The translations under genes were made by a program, and so were the position numbers. From Nitrososphaera viennensis EN76 (GTDB taxonomy: Archaea > Thermoproteota > Nitrososphaeria > Nitrososphaerales > Nitrososphaeraceae): a DNA stretch of 32,000 bases. The notes under the pieces were generated by a model that was not told the origin of the DNA, ran no database searches, and saw nothing but the letters and a program-made list of their open reading frames with translations. Positions 16,500-25,500 of this stretch are shown piece after piece. The DNA lies in the NCBI RefSeq assembly GCF_000698785.1, contig NZ_CP007536.1, positions 690,001 to 722,000 on the forward strand, written 5' to 3'. Each line of letters begins with the position of its first letter. Positions within the stretch are counted from its first letter, which is position 1.

Positions 16500-16997
16500 A
16501 TGGACAACAACGAGCTCTACATTGTGTCGGCAATAGTCGAGAACAAGCCCGGCGTGCTCTTTCGCGTGACCAACCTTTTCAGGGCGCGCAACTTTAACAT
16601 CGAGTCGATAACGGTCGGCACTACCGAGCAGCAGGACCTTTCCAGGATGACGATAACGACTAATAGCGACGAAAAGACGCTTGACCAGCTCGTCAAGCAG
16701 TTGAGGAAATTGATAGACGTGGTCGAGGTCAAGGTGCTCGACACGGACAAGACTGTGTACCGCGAGCTTGCGCTCATAAAGATGAAGGCAGTCGACCCGA
16801 CCACGAGGAGCGAGATAATGAACTATGCCAACATTTTCAGGGGCAACATACTCGACATCGGCAAGGAGACAATAACCGTCGAGATAACAGGCACCCCGGA
16901 CAAGATAGATGCCTTTAAGAATCTGGTCGACCAATATGGCATAACGCAGTTGGCAAGGACAGGCGTATCGGCATTGCCAAGAGGAGTTGAACTTTGA
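16500..16997 (+). CDS. ilvN: Acetolactate synthase small regulatory subunit (ACT domain)
   Basis: LYIVSAIVENKPGVLFRVTNLFRARNFNIESITVG is the IlvN/IlvH ACT signature. A GGAGG lies 7 nt upstream of the ATG, which is 3 nt after the ilvB stop. Confidence 0.93.
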   Translation: MDNNELYIVSAIVENKPGVLFRVTNLFRARNFNIESITVGTTEQQDLSRMTITTNSDEKTLDQLVKQLRKLIDVVEVKVLDTDKTVYRELALIKMKAVDPTTRSEIMNYANIFRGNILDIGKETITVEITGTPDKIDAFKNLVDQYGITQLARTGVSALPRGVEL

Positions 16998-18502
16998 GCG
17001 AAGAAAAGGTCAGGATTTTCGACACCACTCTCCGCGACGGCGAGCAGTCGCCGGGCGTGACGGTGACGCCGGAGCAAAAGGTGCACATTGCGCAGAAACT
17101 AGACGAGCTTGGAGTGGACGCAATCGAGGCGGGATTTCCCATAGTGTCGGCAGGCGAGATGTACGCCGTCAAGACGATAGCAAACTCGGGCTTGAAGGCG
17201 GAGGTCTGTGGCCTTGCGCGCGCAGTCGACGCCGACATCGACGCGGCGATAAAGTGCGACTTGAAGTACGTGCACACGTTCATCGCGACCTCTGACATCC
17301 ACATGCAGTACAAGCTAAAGATGACTCGCGAGCAGGTTCTTGAAAGGGCTGTGCACGCAGTTGAGTACGCCAAAAAGCACGGCCTCAAGGTAGAGTTTTC
17401 GGCAGAGGACGCCACGCGGTCGGACAGGGCGTTTTTGATAAAGGTGTTCAGCGCAGTGGCGCAAGCGGGGGCCGACAGGGTCGACATCCCTGACACTGTG
17501 GGGTATTCAACGCCCCAGTACATCACAGAACTTGTCAAGGAGGTCAAAGAGGCGACGAGGTTGCCAATAAGCATGCACTGCCACGACGACTTTGGGCTTG
17601 CTGTGGCAAACTCGATAGCAGGCATCAACGCAGGCGCGGCGTGCGCGCACGTCACGATAAATGGGCTTGGCGAGCGAGCAGGCAATGCGTCGCTTGAAGA
17701 GTTTGTAATGGCGCTCCAGTGCCTCTACAACAAAAAGCACAACATCAAGACGCAGCTGCTCTACGAGACGTCCAAGTTTGTCTCTAACACGATGGGAATC
17801 ATCGTCCAGCCAAACAAAGCAATCATCGGCGAGAACGCCTTTGGCCACGAGTCGGGCATACACACCCACGGCGTCATCAACAACCCGCTCACCTACGAGC
17901 CCATCAGCCCCGAGCTTGTGGGAAGGAAACGCTGGCTCCAGGCAGGCAAGCACGCCGGCGCGCACGGCATCAGGGCGATGCTTGAAGAGTTTGGCATCAA
18001 CCCGAACGAAGAGCAATTGCACATGATAGTAGAGAAGCAAAAGAACATTGCAGACAAGGGCAAGGCAATCACGACGTCAGAGTTGCTCACCATAGCAGGA
18101 GAGGTGATGCACAACTCGCAGTTTGAGGAGCGCTTCAAGCTGTACGATTTTCACATCGTCACGGGCATGAACATCATCCCGACGGCAGTCATCAGGCTCA
18201 ACGCGGAGGGCAAGGACCTCATTGCGTCTGACACGGGAGTCGGCCCGGTGGACGCAGCCCTCAAGGCCATCCAAAAGATAGCCGCAGACGTGGCAAGCAT
18301 CAAGATACGCGAGTACAGGCTCGACTCCATCTCTGGAGGCTCAGACGCCCTTGCAGAGGTGTCAGTCAAGGTGGAGGACAAGAACGGTAACGTCGTCTCT
18401 GCGAGAAAGGCCAACGAGGACATTGTGGTCGCATCCGTAGAGGCGATGATGGATGCCATCAACAAGGTGCTCCTGAAAAAGGTGCTCTATTCCAAGAGCT
18501 AA
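16994..18502 (+). CDS. leuA: 2-isopropylmalate synthase (or closely related citramalate synthase), with C-terminal LeuA-dimer regulatory domain
   Basis: RIFDTTLRDGEQSPGV, HCHDDFGLAVANS and HESGIH motifs. The TTG start overlaps the ilvN stop (TTGA) and is preceded by GAGGAG. LeuA and CimA cannot be told apart by eye. Confidence 0.88.
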   Translation: MSEEKVRIFDTTLRDGEQSPGVTVTPEQKVHIAQKLDELGVDAIEAGFPIVSAGEMYAVKTIANSGLKAEVCGLARAVDADIDAAIKCDLKYVHTFIATSDIHMQYKLKMTREQVLERAVHAVEYAKKHGLKVEFSAEDATRSDRAFLIKVFSAVAQAGADRVDIPDTVGYSTPQYITELVKEVKEATRLPISMHCHDDFGLAVANSIAGINAGAACAHVTINGLGERAGNASLEEFVMALQCLYNKKHNIKTQLLYETSKFVSNTMGIIVQPNKAIIGENAFGHESGIHTHGVINNPLTYEPISPELVGRKRWLQAGKHAGAHGIRAMLEEFGINPNEEQLHMIVEKQKNIADKGKAITTSELLTIAGEVMHNSQFEERFKLYDFHIVTGMNIIPTAVIRLNAEGKDLIASDTGVGPVDAALKAIQKIAADVASIKIREYRLDSISGGSDALAEVSVKVEDKNGNVVSARKANEDIVVASVEAMMDAINKVLLKKVLYSKS

Positions 18503-18538
18503 TAAGTACCCGCCCACAACTCACGTGATGAGGCATAG

Positions 18539-19564
18539 TTGACAAGGTACGTCATTTCGCTCATCAGAGGGGACGGGATAGGGCCCGAGCAGACGGCGGC
18601 CGCTAAAAAGATCCTCGAAGCAATAAGCGACAACACGTCTACAAAATTCACCATAAACGAGGTAGAGGCAGGCGACGCGGCCCTTGCCAAGCACGGAAAG
18701 GCCCTTCCGGAATTTTCGGTCGACACCATCAAAAACTCGCAGGCGTGCCTGAAGGGGCCAGTAGGCGAGAGTGCGGCCGACGTCATCATAGTTCTCAGGC
18801 GCATGTTCGACCTCTATGCAAACGTCAGGCCGGCCAAGTCGTACCCGAACATCCCGGCGCTTTCTCCAAAAGTAGATATGGTGACGGTGAGGGAGAACAC
18901 GGAGGACGTCTACCTTGGCTGGGAATTCAACGCCGACCCCGGTACCGTGGTCGCATTAAGGATCACTTCTGAAAAGGCGTCAAGGAGGATTGCCGAGTAC
19001 GCGTTCAAGACGGCGACGATGCGCGACAGCAAGCGAAAGGTGGTCGCGGTGCACAAGGCAAACGTGATGCGCAAGGGCGACGGGCTCTTTGCGTCGGTGT
19101 GCAGAGAAGTCGCCAAAAAGTACCCCAGGATACAGTACAGCGAGCTCTACGTCGACGCGGCGTCGATGAACCTCATCCGCAACCCGGAAGAGTTTGACGT
19201 CATCGTCACCACCAACCTCTTTGGCGACATCCTGTCAGACGAGGCAGCGCAGGTAGTCGGCGGGCTTGGCATGGGCCCGGCGGCAAACATTGGCGAGGGC
19301 TTTGCGCTCTTTGAGCCGGTTCACGGCGCGGCGTTTGACATCGCCGGCAAGAATGCGGCAAACCCATCGTCGATTCTGCTTTCCGCCAAGATGATGCTTG
19401 AATGGCTTGCCGACAGGCACAAGGACAGAAAGGCGGCAGAGCAGGGCGCCCGAATAGAGGAGGCCATAGTCGGCCTTCTAAAGCAGGACAAAAAGACAAA
19501 GGACATCGGGGGCAAGCTGTCTACCACGGAATTCACCGATCTCGTGGCAAAAGAGCTGTTTTAG
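18539..19564 (+). CDS. leuB: 3-isopropylmalate dehydrogenase (isocitrate/isopropylmalate dehydrogenase family)
   Basis: LIRGDGIGPE, VRENTEDVY and NLFGDILSDEAAQVVGGLGMGPAANIG motifs. TTG start with an SD-like GTGATGAGG upstream. Confidence 0.85.
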   Translation: MTRYVISLIRGDGIGPEQTAAAKKILEAISDNTSTKFTINEVEAGDAALAKHGKALPEFSVDTIKNSQACLKGPVGESAADVIIVLRRMFDLYANVRPAKSYPNIPALSPKVDMVTVRENTEDVYLGWEFNADPGTVVALRITSEKASRRIAEYAFKTATMRDSKRKVVAVHKANVMRKGDGLFASVCREVAKKYPRIQYSELYVDAASMNLIRNPEEFDVIVTTNLFGDILSDEAAQVVGGLGMGPAANIGEGFALFEPVHGAAFDIAGKNAANPSSILLSAKMMLEWLADRHKDRKAAEQGARIEEAIVGLLKQDKKTKDIGGKLSTTEFTDLVAKELF

Positions 19565-19573
19565 ATACTATCG

Positions 19574-19948
19574 CTAGTTTTCCTTTGGCGCCCGCTTTTG
19601 CCATGCAAAGAGCATGAACACGAACGGTATGATAAGGATTGCAGTTGCAAAGAGCACCGGCTGGAGCACTATGGCGCTTGCCTCGTAGCCAGCCAGCTGC
19701 AGGAATGGCAGCGGGAATATCGTGAATATCCAGAACCCGAAAATGACGCCAAGGAGAAACTTGTTGCGTTTGAGCACCGCGAAAAAGCTGATCTTGTTGA
19801 TGCCCTTGCGGTCGCATGTCATGCATTTTACCGTGATCGCGCTCCCGGTCACGTCCGCCGGGACTGTGCAGGAGGTGCAGACTTTGTTCTGGCAAAAGTA
19901 GCATTTTTTTTCTGCAAAACGCGAGCCGCATATAGAGCAGTTTGCCAT
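19574..19948 (-). CDS. Zinc-ribbon membrane protein (N-terminal CxxC x3 cluster + 3 predicted TM helices)
   Basis: The N-terminus MANCSICGSRFAEKKCYFCQNKVCTSCTV...KCMTCDRKG is followed by hydrophobic segments (FLLGVIFGFWIFTIFPLPFL, VLQPVLFATAILIIPFVFMLFAW). I recognise no family. Confidence 0.6.
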   Translation of the reverse strand: MANCSICGSRFAEKKCYFCQNKVCTSCTVPADVTGSAITVKCMTCDRKGINKISFFAVLKRNKFLLGVIFGFWIFTIFPLPFLQLAGYEASAIVLQPVLFATAILIIPFVFMLFAWQKRAPKEN

Positions 19949-20120
19949 GTGATGACTACCAGAGAGAACGTTAGCAGCGATGCAATATTACCTTTGCCAT
20001 CGTCATCAGTCCTGCCATACCCTTATGGCCTTGTATGATTAAAAGTAACAAGCCTGTGCCAGTCGTGGACACCAGATATGTTTTTCTACTTATTCTTCGT
20101 CTTGCAAGCAAAGAAGAAGC

Positions 20121-20930
20121 ATGTATTTTACTTTTCAAGAGTGCAGGCACATGGCACTCTTTTATGACAGCGAGCAGCAGCGCGACGATGAAATCATCCG
20201 TTTTATCAACGAAGGTCTGGCAGGCGGCCAGCTTTGCATTTATGGCACGATGCGTGTAGCAGCAGACAAAGAATACTTCAAGGCGATGTCTTGCAGAATT
20301 ACAAATTACGAGCAAAACGTCAAGGCGGGAAATTTGATGATCATAGATTTCGTTCCATTCTATGATGCCACGCTAAAGCAGGATTTGACGCCTTACAAAA
20401 AAGTGCAGGAAGAACTCGAAAAGATACTCAAACACAAGAAAGACATGAAGGTAAGGTATGTAGGTGATGCGACCGGATACCTGTTCAAGAATAAACATTT
20501 CGATGAATGTTTCATGATAGAATCTTGGTGGCAAGCCAGTCGATTCCAGGTCATAACGACACTTTGCCTGTTCCAGAAATCACTCATGGGAACATTCCCA
20601 TTTGACCATGAGAAAAACAGGATCATTCAAACCCACGATGTTGTTCTAGGTTCACCTGCAGGCTCCACACATGGCTCAGGCGCAAACCAAAAGCCAATAG
20701 CGGCTCTGCGGTTAAGAGAAGAGTTGACGAAAATAGAAACCCTTGTGGGCGGGGCAGTGACAGAATTACTGGCGGATGAACTGAAACGTCGCGGCGTTGA
20801 CCTGTCCAGCAACGAGTCTTATTTTCTGGATGAAATTCACGCGGTATTAGAAGCGCTGTTTGGAACAGACGCCACAAAGTTAATCATGGAACGGCTAAAA
20901 AGAGGTTTTTCAGAGCAACAAGATCGATAG
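20121..20930 (+). CDS. MEDS-domain protein (methanogen/methylotroph DcmR sensory domain) with unassigned helical C-terminal region
   Basis: RHMALFYDSEQQRDDEIIRFINEGLAGGQLCIY matches the MEDS N-terminal signature (H-x3-F/Y-Y ... G-L-x-x-G-x-x-C-x-Y). The conserved His precedes the second Met, so ATG 20121 is preferred over 20151. The local sequence is AT-rich. Confidence 0.7.
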   Translation: MYFTFQECRHMALFYDSEQQRDDEIIRFINEGLAGGQLCIYGTMRVAADKEYFKAMSCRITNYEQNVKAGNLMIIDFVPFYDATLKQDLTPYKKVQEELEKILKHKKDMKVRYVGDATGYLFKNKHFDECFMIESWWQASRFQVITTLCLFQKSLMGTFPFDHEKNRIIQTHDVVLGSPAGSTHGSGANQKPIAALRLREELTKIETLVGGAVTELLADELKRRGVDLSSNESYFLDEIHAVLEALFGTDATKLIMERLKRGFSEQQDR

Positions 20931-21158
20931 GACCGCTTGATCGTCATCATGTCGATGGCGCATCTCTATGGCTGTGTGTTTACGGGCTCATCGCTTCTAG
21001 CCTGCAAAGCTACCAAGATTTGGCATTCATCGTTACATGCATGCTATCGAGGCGCGGCCCGACCAAAGCAAAACTTAAATTTCCATATCTAAACAGTTGG
21101 TGAGGGTCAAAAAATTCCGACACTTCAACAGACCTACACGGGCTATGCAGCCAAGCTG

Positions 21159-22385
21159 ATGCTGGAAGACGGCACTGTTTTTGCCGGGATCGGTTTTGGC
21201 TACCCGTCAGAGATAGCAGGCGAAGTCGTTTTCAACACGGGCATGGTCGGCTACACAGAGACCCTGACCGACCCGTCGTACCGCGGGCAGATCCTGTGCA
21301 TGACGTACCCCCTTGTCGGCAACTATGGCGTGCCAAGCTTTGACGTCAAGGACGAATACGGGCTTCCAAAATTCTTCGAGTCTGACAGGATTCAGGCCAA
21401 GGCGCTGCTGATTCACGATTTATCAGACGTTGCAAGCCACTGGAGCTGCGTCAAGACGCTTGACCAGTGGCTGTACGAGCAAAAGATACCCGGCATATAC
21501 GGCATCGACACGCGCGAGCTCACAAAAAAGCTGCGCGTGCACGGCGTCATGATGGGCGCAATAGCGGTGTCGGACAAGGGGCCGGTGGACGACTCCAGGA
21601 TGAGAAAGCTTGTCTCAGGAGCAAAATACGAGGGCCTCAACTTTATGCCAGAGGTCTCGACTCCCAGGCCGCAAGAGTACGGCGACAAAGACAAACCTTG
21701 CGTCGTGCTCCTTGACACCGGCACGAAATACAGCATCATCCGCAACATAATCCGCACCGGCTACCGCGTCGTGCGCATGCCGTGGGACGCGCCGTACGAG
21801 CAGATAATGTCGTACAACCCAAAAGGAGTTGTCATCAGCAACGGGCCGGGCGACCCCAAGGTCTGCACAAGCACGATAAAGACGGCAACGAAATTGATAA
21901 AGACGTCGACCCCGACGCTCGGGATATGCCTTGGCAACCAGATCCTTGCGCTTGCAGGGGGTGCTGACACTTACAAGCTGAAATTCGGCCACAGGGGGCA
22001 GAACAAGCCCTGCGTGGACCTGCGCAACATGCAGTCGTACGTCACCAGCCAGAACCACGGCTACGGCATCGACCCGGAGAGCCTCGACGGCACTGGCTTT
22101 AAGGTGTGGTTTGCAAACGCCGACGACGACACGGTGGAGGGAATCGAGCACGCAAGCAAGCCGGTGATAGCGGTGCAGTTCCACCCGGAGGCGTCGCCGG
22201 GGCCATACGACTGCATGTTCGTGTTTGACAGGTTCAAGCAGATAATCGACGCCGGCGGCAGGATAACTGACGGCGTCAAGCCAAGAGAAAAGAAGGAAAA
22301 AGAAAAGCCCGGGAAAAAGGCAGTCAAGAAAAAAGCAGCAGCAGCGAGAAAAAAGAAGGAGGGGAGAAAAGTCGCCAAGAGATGA
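21159..22385 (+). CDS. carA: Carbamoyl-phosphate synthase small (glutaminase) subunit with Lys-rich C-terminal tail
   Basis: LEDGTVFAGIGFG N-domain; GATase triad motifs LGICLGNQILA, FGHRGQNKP and AVQFHPEASPGP. The ~38-residue tail PREKKEKEKPGKKAVKKKAAAARKKKEGRKVAKR is atypical. The start is uncertain, because homology appears to extend upstream of ATG 21159 (see findings). Confidence 0.92.
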   Translation: MLEDGTVFAGIGFGYPSEIAGEVVFNTGMVGYTETLTDPSYRGQILCMTYPLVGNYGVPSFDVKDEYGLPKFFESDRIQAKALLIHDLSDVASHWSCVKTLDQWLYEQKIPGIYGIDTRELTKKLRVHGVMMGAIAVSDKGPVDDSRMRKLVSGAKYEGLNFMPEVSTPRPQEYGDKDKPCVVLLDTGTKYSIIRNIIRTGYRVVRMPWDAPYEQIMSYNPKGVVISNGPGDPKVCTSTIKTATKLIKTSTPTLGICLGNQILALAGGADTYKLKFGHRGQNKPCVDLRNMQSYVTSQNHGYGIDPESLDGTGFKVWFANADDDTVEGIEHASKPVIAVQFHPEASPGPYDCMFVFDRFKQIIDAGGRITDGVKPREKKEKEKPGKKAVKKKAAAARKKKEGRKVAKR

Positions 22386-22593
22386 ATCGATAAAAAAAGT
22401 CCTCGTGCTTGGAAGTGGGGCAATAAAGATCGGAGAAGCAGGCGAGAGCCAGTAAAGCTGTAAAAGGCCTGGCCGCAAATTCGACTACTCCGGTTCCCAA
22501 TGCCTCAAAGCCCTAGCAGAGGAAGGAGTCAAGAGCGTACTCATAAACCCCAACATCGCAACGATTCAGACCGACACCCGCTTTGCAGACAAG
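22382..22593 (+). other. carB: Disrupted 5' region of carB: out-of-frame ATG (22382), conserved N-terminal coding segment (22390-22446), 33-nt TAA-containing insertion (22447-22479), conserved coding sequence without a start (22480-22593)
   Basis: The same frame as the main carB ORF translates as IKKVLVLGSGAIKIGEAGE / SQ*SCKRPGRK / FDYSGSQCLKALAEEGVKSVLINPNIATIQTDTRFADK. The flanking parts together form the canonical CarB N-terminus. Confidence 0.75.
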
Positions 22594-25500
22594 GTGTACC
22601 CCGTCCCCATAAACACGCAGTACGTCGAGCAGGTGATAAAGGAGGAAAAGCCAGACTCGATAATGCTCGGGTTTGGCGGCCAGACAGCGCTCAACTGCGG
22701 GGTCGCGCTGCACGAGCAGGGCATACTTGAAAAGTACGGGATGCGCGTGCTTGGCACCCAGATAAAGGGCATCGAGATCACCGAGGACAGGCAGCTGTTC
22801 AAAGACGCGATGGTAAAAAGCGACGTGCCTGTGCTCAAGAGCTACGCGGTCAATTCCATCCAGGACGCGCTCAAGGCGGCAAAAGAGCTAGAATATCCGG
22901 TCATAATCAGGGTCGCGTACACGCTTGGAGGGCGTGGAGGCGGGGTCGCGTACAACGAGCTGGAGCTGCAAGAGATTGCGCAGCGCGGGCTCAACCTCAG
23001 CATGGTGCACCAGGTGCTCATCGAAAAGTACGTGGGCCACTGGAAGCAGGTCGAGTACGAGGTGATGCGCGACTACCACGGAAACAGCGTCATCGTCTGC
23101 AACATGGAAAACGTGCTTGCGATGCGCGTGCACACCGGCGACAACATCGTTATTGCGCCGTCGCAGACGCTCAACAACTATGAATACCACATGCTGCGCT
23201 CGGCGGCCATCCGCGCGACGGGCTACTGCGGAATCGTTGGCGAGTGCAACATCCAGTTCGCCCTCGACCCGACGTCAGAGCAGTACACAGCAATTGAAAT
23301 AAACGCCAGGCTTTCAAGGTCGTCGGCGCTTGCAAGCAAGGCCACCGGCTACCCGCTTGCGTACATGGCTGCAAAAATCGGCCTAGGATATTCACTTCCG
23401 GAACTGCTCAACAGGATAACCAAGGTAACGACAGCATGCTTTGAGCCTTCGCTTGACTATTGCGTTCTAAAGATGCCCCGGTGGGATTTCAGCAAGTTTG
23501 AGCTTGTCAAGCGCAAGCTTGGAAGCGCCATGAAGTCAGTCGGCGAGGTGATGGCGATTGGCCGCAACTTTGAGGAAGTCCTGCAGAAGGCAATCAGGAT
23601 GTCTGCCACAGGCAAGGATGGCCTTGTGGCAAACGGAAACGACGCGCAGAAGGAAGAGGACATCGAGCGCATCGAGCAATCTCTCTTGCAGCCAAGCGAC
23701 GAGATAATCTACAACGTCGTTCGGGCCATGAAGGCAGGAATGAGCATCGAGCGCATCTACCAGCTGTCGGCCATAGACCCGTGGTTCCTGACAAAGATAA
23801 AGAACATCGTCGACATGGAAGAGAAGCTGAAAAAGGCGGGCAGCTTTGACGGCGACATGGTCAGGGACGCAAAAAAGATTGGCTTTTCAGACAAGCAGAT
23901 CGGCAGGTGCCTTGGCACCGACGAGATGCAGGTGCGCGCAATGCGCGAAAAATTCGGGATAAAGCCGGCAGTCAAGCAGATAGACACGCTTGCGGCAGAG
24001 TGGCCTGCCAAGACCAACTACCTCTACCTCACCTATGGCGGCAATGAAGACGATGTAATAATCAAGAAGGATACCAAGAACAACAGCAGGATGGTAGTCC
24101 TCGGCGCCGGCCCGTACAGGATTGGAAGCAGCGTCGAGTTTGACTGGGGCACGGTCAACATGGTGTGGGGCTTGAAGGAAAACGGCGTCAAGGAGATATC
24201 AGTCATCAACTGCAACCCCGAGACGGTATCGACAGACTATGACATCTGCGACAGGCTGTACTTTGAAGAGCTGACGCTGGAGCGCGTGCTTGACATATGC
24301 GACAAGGAGCATCCAACGGGCATCGTGACTTGCGTCGGAGGCCAGACGGCAAACAACCTGACCCCAAAACTGGCAAAGAATGGCATAAAGATAATCGGCA
24401 CGAGTAGCGAGGACGTCGACAGGGCGGAGGACCGCGCCAAGTTCGGCCAGCTCCTCGACACTCTGGGCATAAAGCAGCCAGCGTGGAGGCAGTTTACGCA
24501 CCTTGCAGAGGCCAAAGAGTTTGCCGAGACCGTAGGCTATCCGGTGCTTGTCAGGCCGTCGTACGTGCTTTCCGGCGTGGCCATGAAGGTGGTGTGGGCC
24601 GAGCAGCAGCTGCAGCGCTTTTTGACCGACGCCACGAACGTCAACCCCGAGCATCCCGTGGTCATCAGCAAGTTCCTGCAGGACGCGGCAGAAGTTGAAG
24701 TCGACGCGGTGTCTGACGGCAAGGACGTGCTCATTGGCGCGATAATCGAGCACATCGACAACGCAGGCGTGCACTCGGGCGACGCAATGATGAGCATACC
24801 GCCTTGGAGGCTTGACAGGCACATCATGGAGACAATAACAGATTATTCGGTCAAGATAGGCAGGGCGCTAAACGTCAAAGGACCATTAAATATCCAGTAC
24901 CTCGTCAAGGACGAGCAGGTGCTTGTCATAGAGGCAAACGTGAGGGCTTCCCGCTCGATGCCCTTTGTGTCAAAGTTTGCCGGTGTCAACATCATCAACC
25001 TTGCCGCAAAGGCGATGCTTGGCAAGCCGCTCCCGGCAAAAGCAAAGGACCTGTGGCTCAAGGCTCCCGGCTTCGGGGTCAAGGTCCCGCAGTTCTCGTT
25101 CATGCAGCTTGAAGGCTCGGACATCGTCCTTGGAGTGGAGATGCAGTCGACAGGCGAAGTTGCGTGCTTTGGCAACACGTTCTATGACGCGCTGTCAAAG
25201 GCGTACATGGCGGCTGGGTATTCGCTTCCGCTTGCTGGCTCGGTGCTGATAACCATCGGCGGCCAAAAGAACAAGGAAAAACTGCTGCCGCTAATATCGA
25301 TGCTTGCATCGATGAACTACAAGATCCTTGCAACCGAGCACACGGCCGAGTTCATGGAGAACAACAACGTCAAGGACGTGGAACTGGTGCACAAGATAAG
25401 CGAGCCGGGCCGCAAGCCCAACATCGCCGACATGCTCTATGAAAGAAAACTGGACTTTATAATCAACATACCGGCAACGTCGACGCTTGAAAAGTATGTC

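Noticed and set aside
20949-21092. A 47-codon ORF upstream of carA, as a possible Arg- or pyrimidine-responsive leader peptide.
   Set aside because: It shows no enrichment of Arg codons or regulatory codon runs, and no obvious alternative hairpins. Its composition looks random.
22431-22493. The carB 33-nt insert as an archaeal bulge-helix-bulge intron, or as a T4 gene-60-style translational bypass.
   Set aside because: The pairings I can find are GCCAG/CTGGC, GCG/CGC with an AGA bulge, CGAG/TTCG, and CGGAG/CTCCG. They give at best half a BHB motif, and its cleavage sites would remove ~22 nt and break the frame. No 4-bp central helix fits a 33-nt excision. There is also no identical take-off and landing codon pair that restores GEAGE-FDYSG. 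I kept it as an open anomaly, not as a called intron or bypass.
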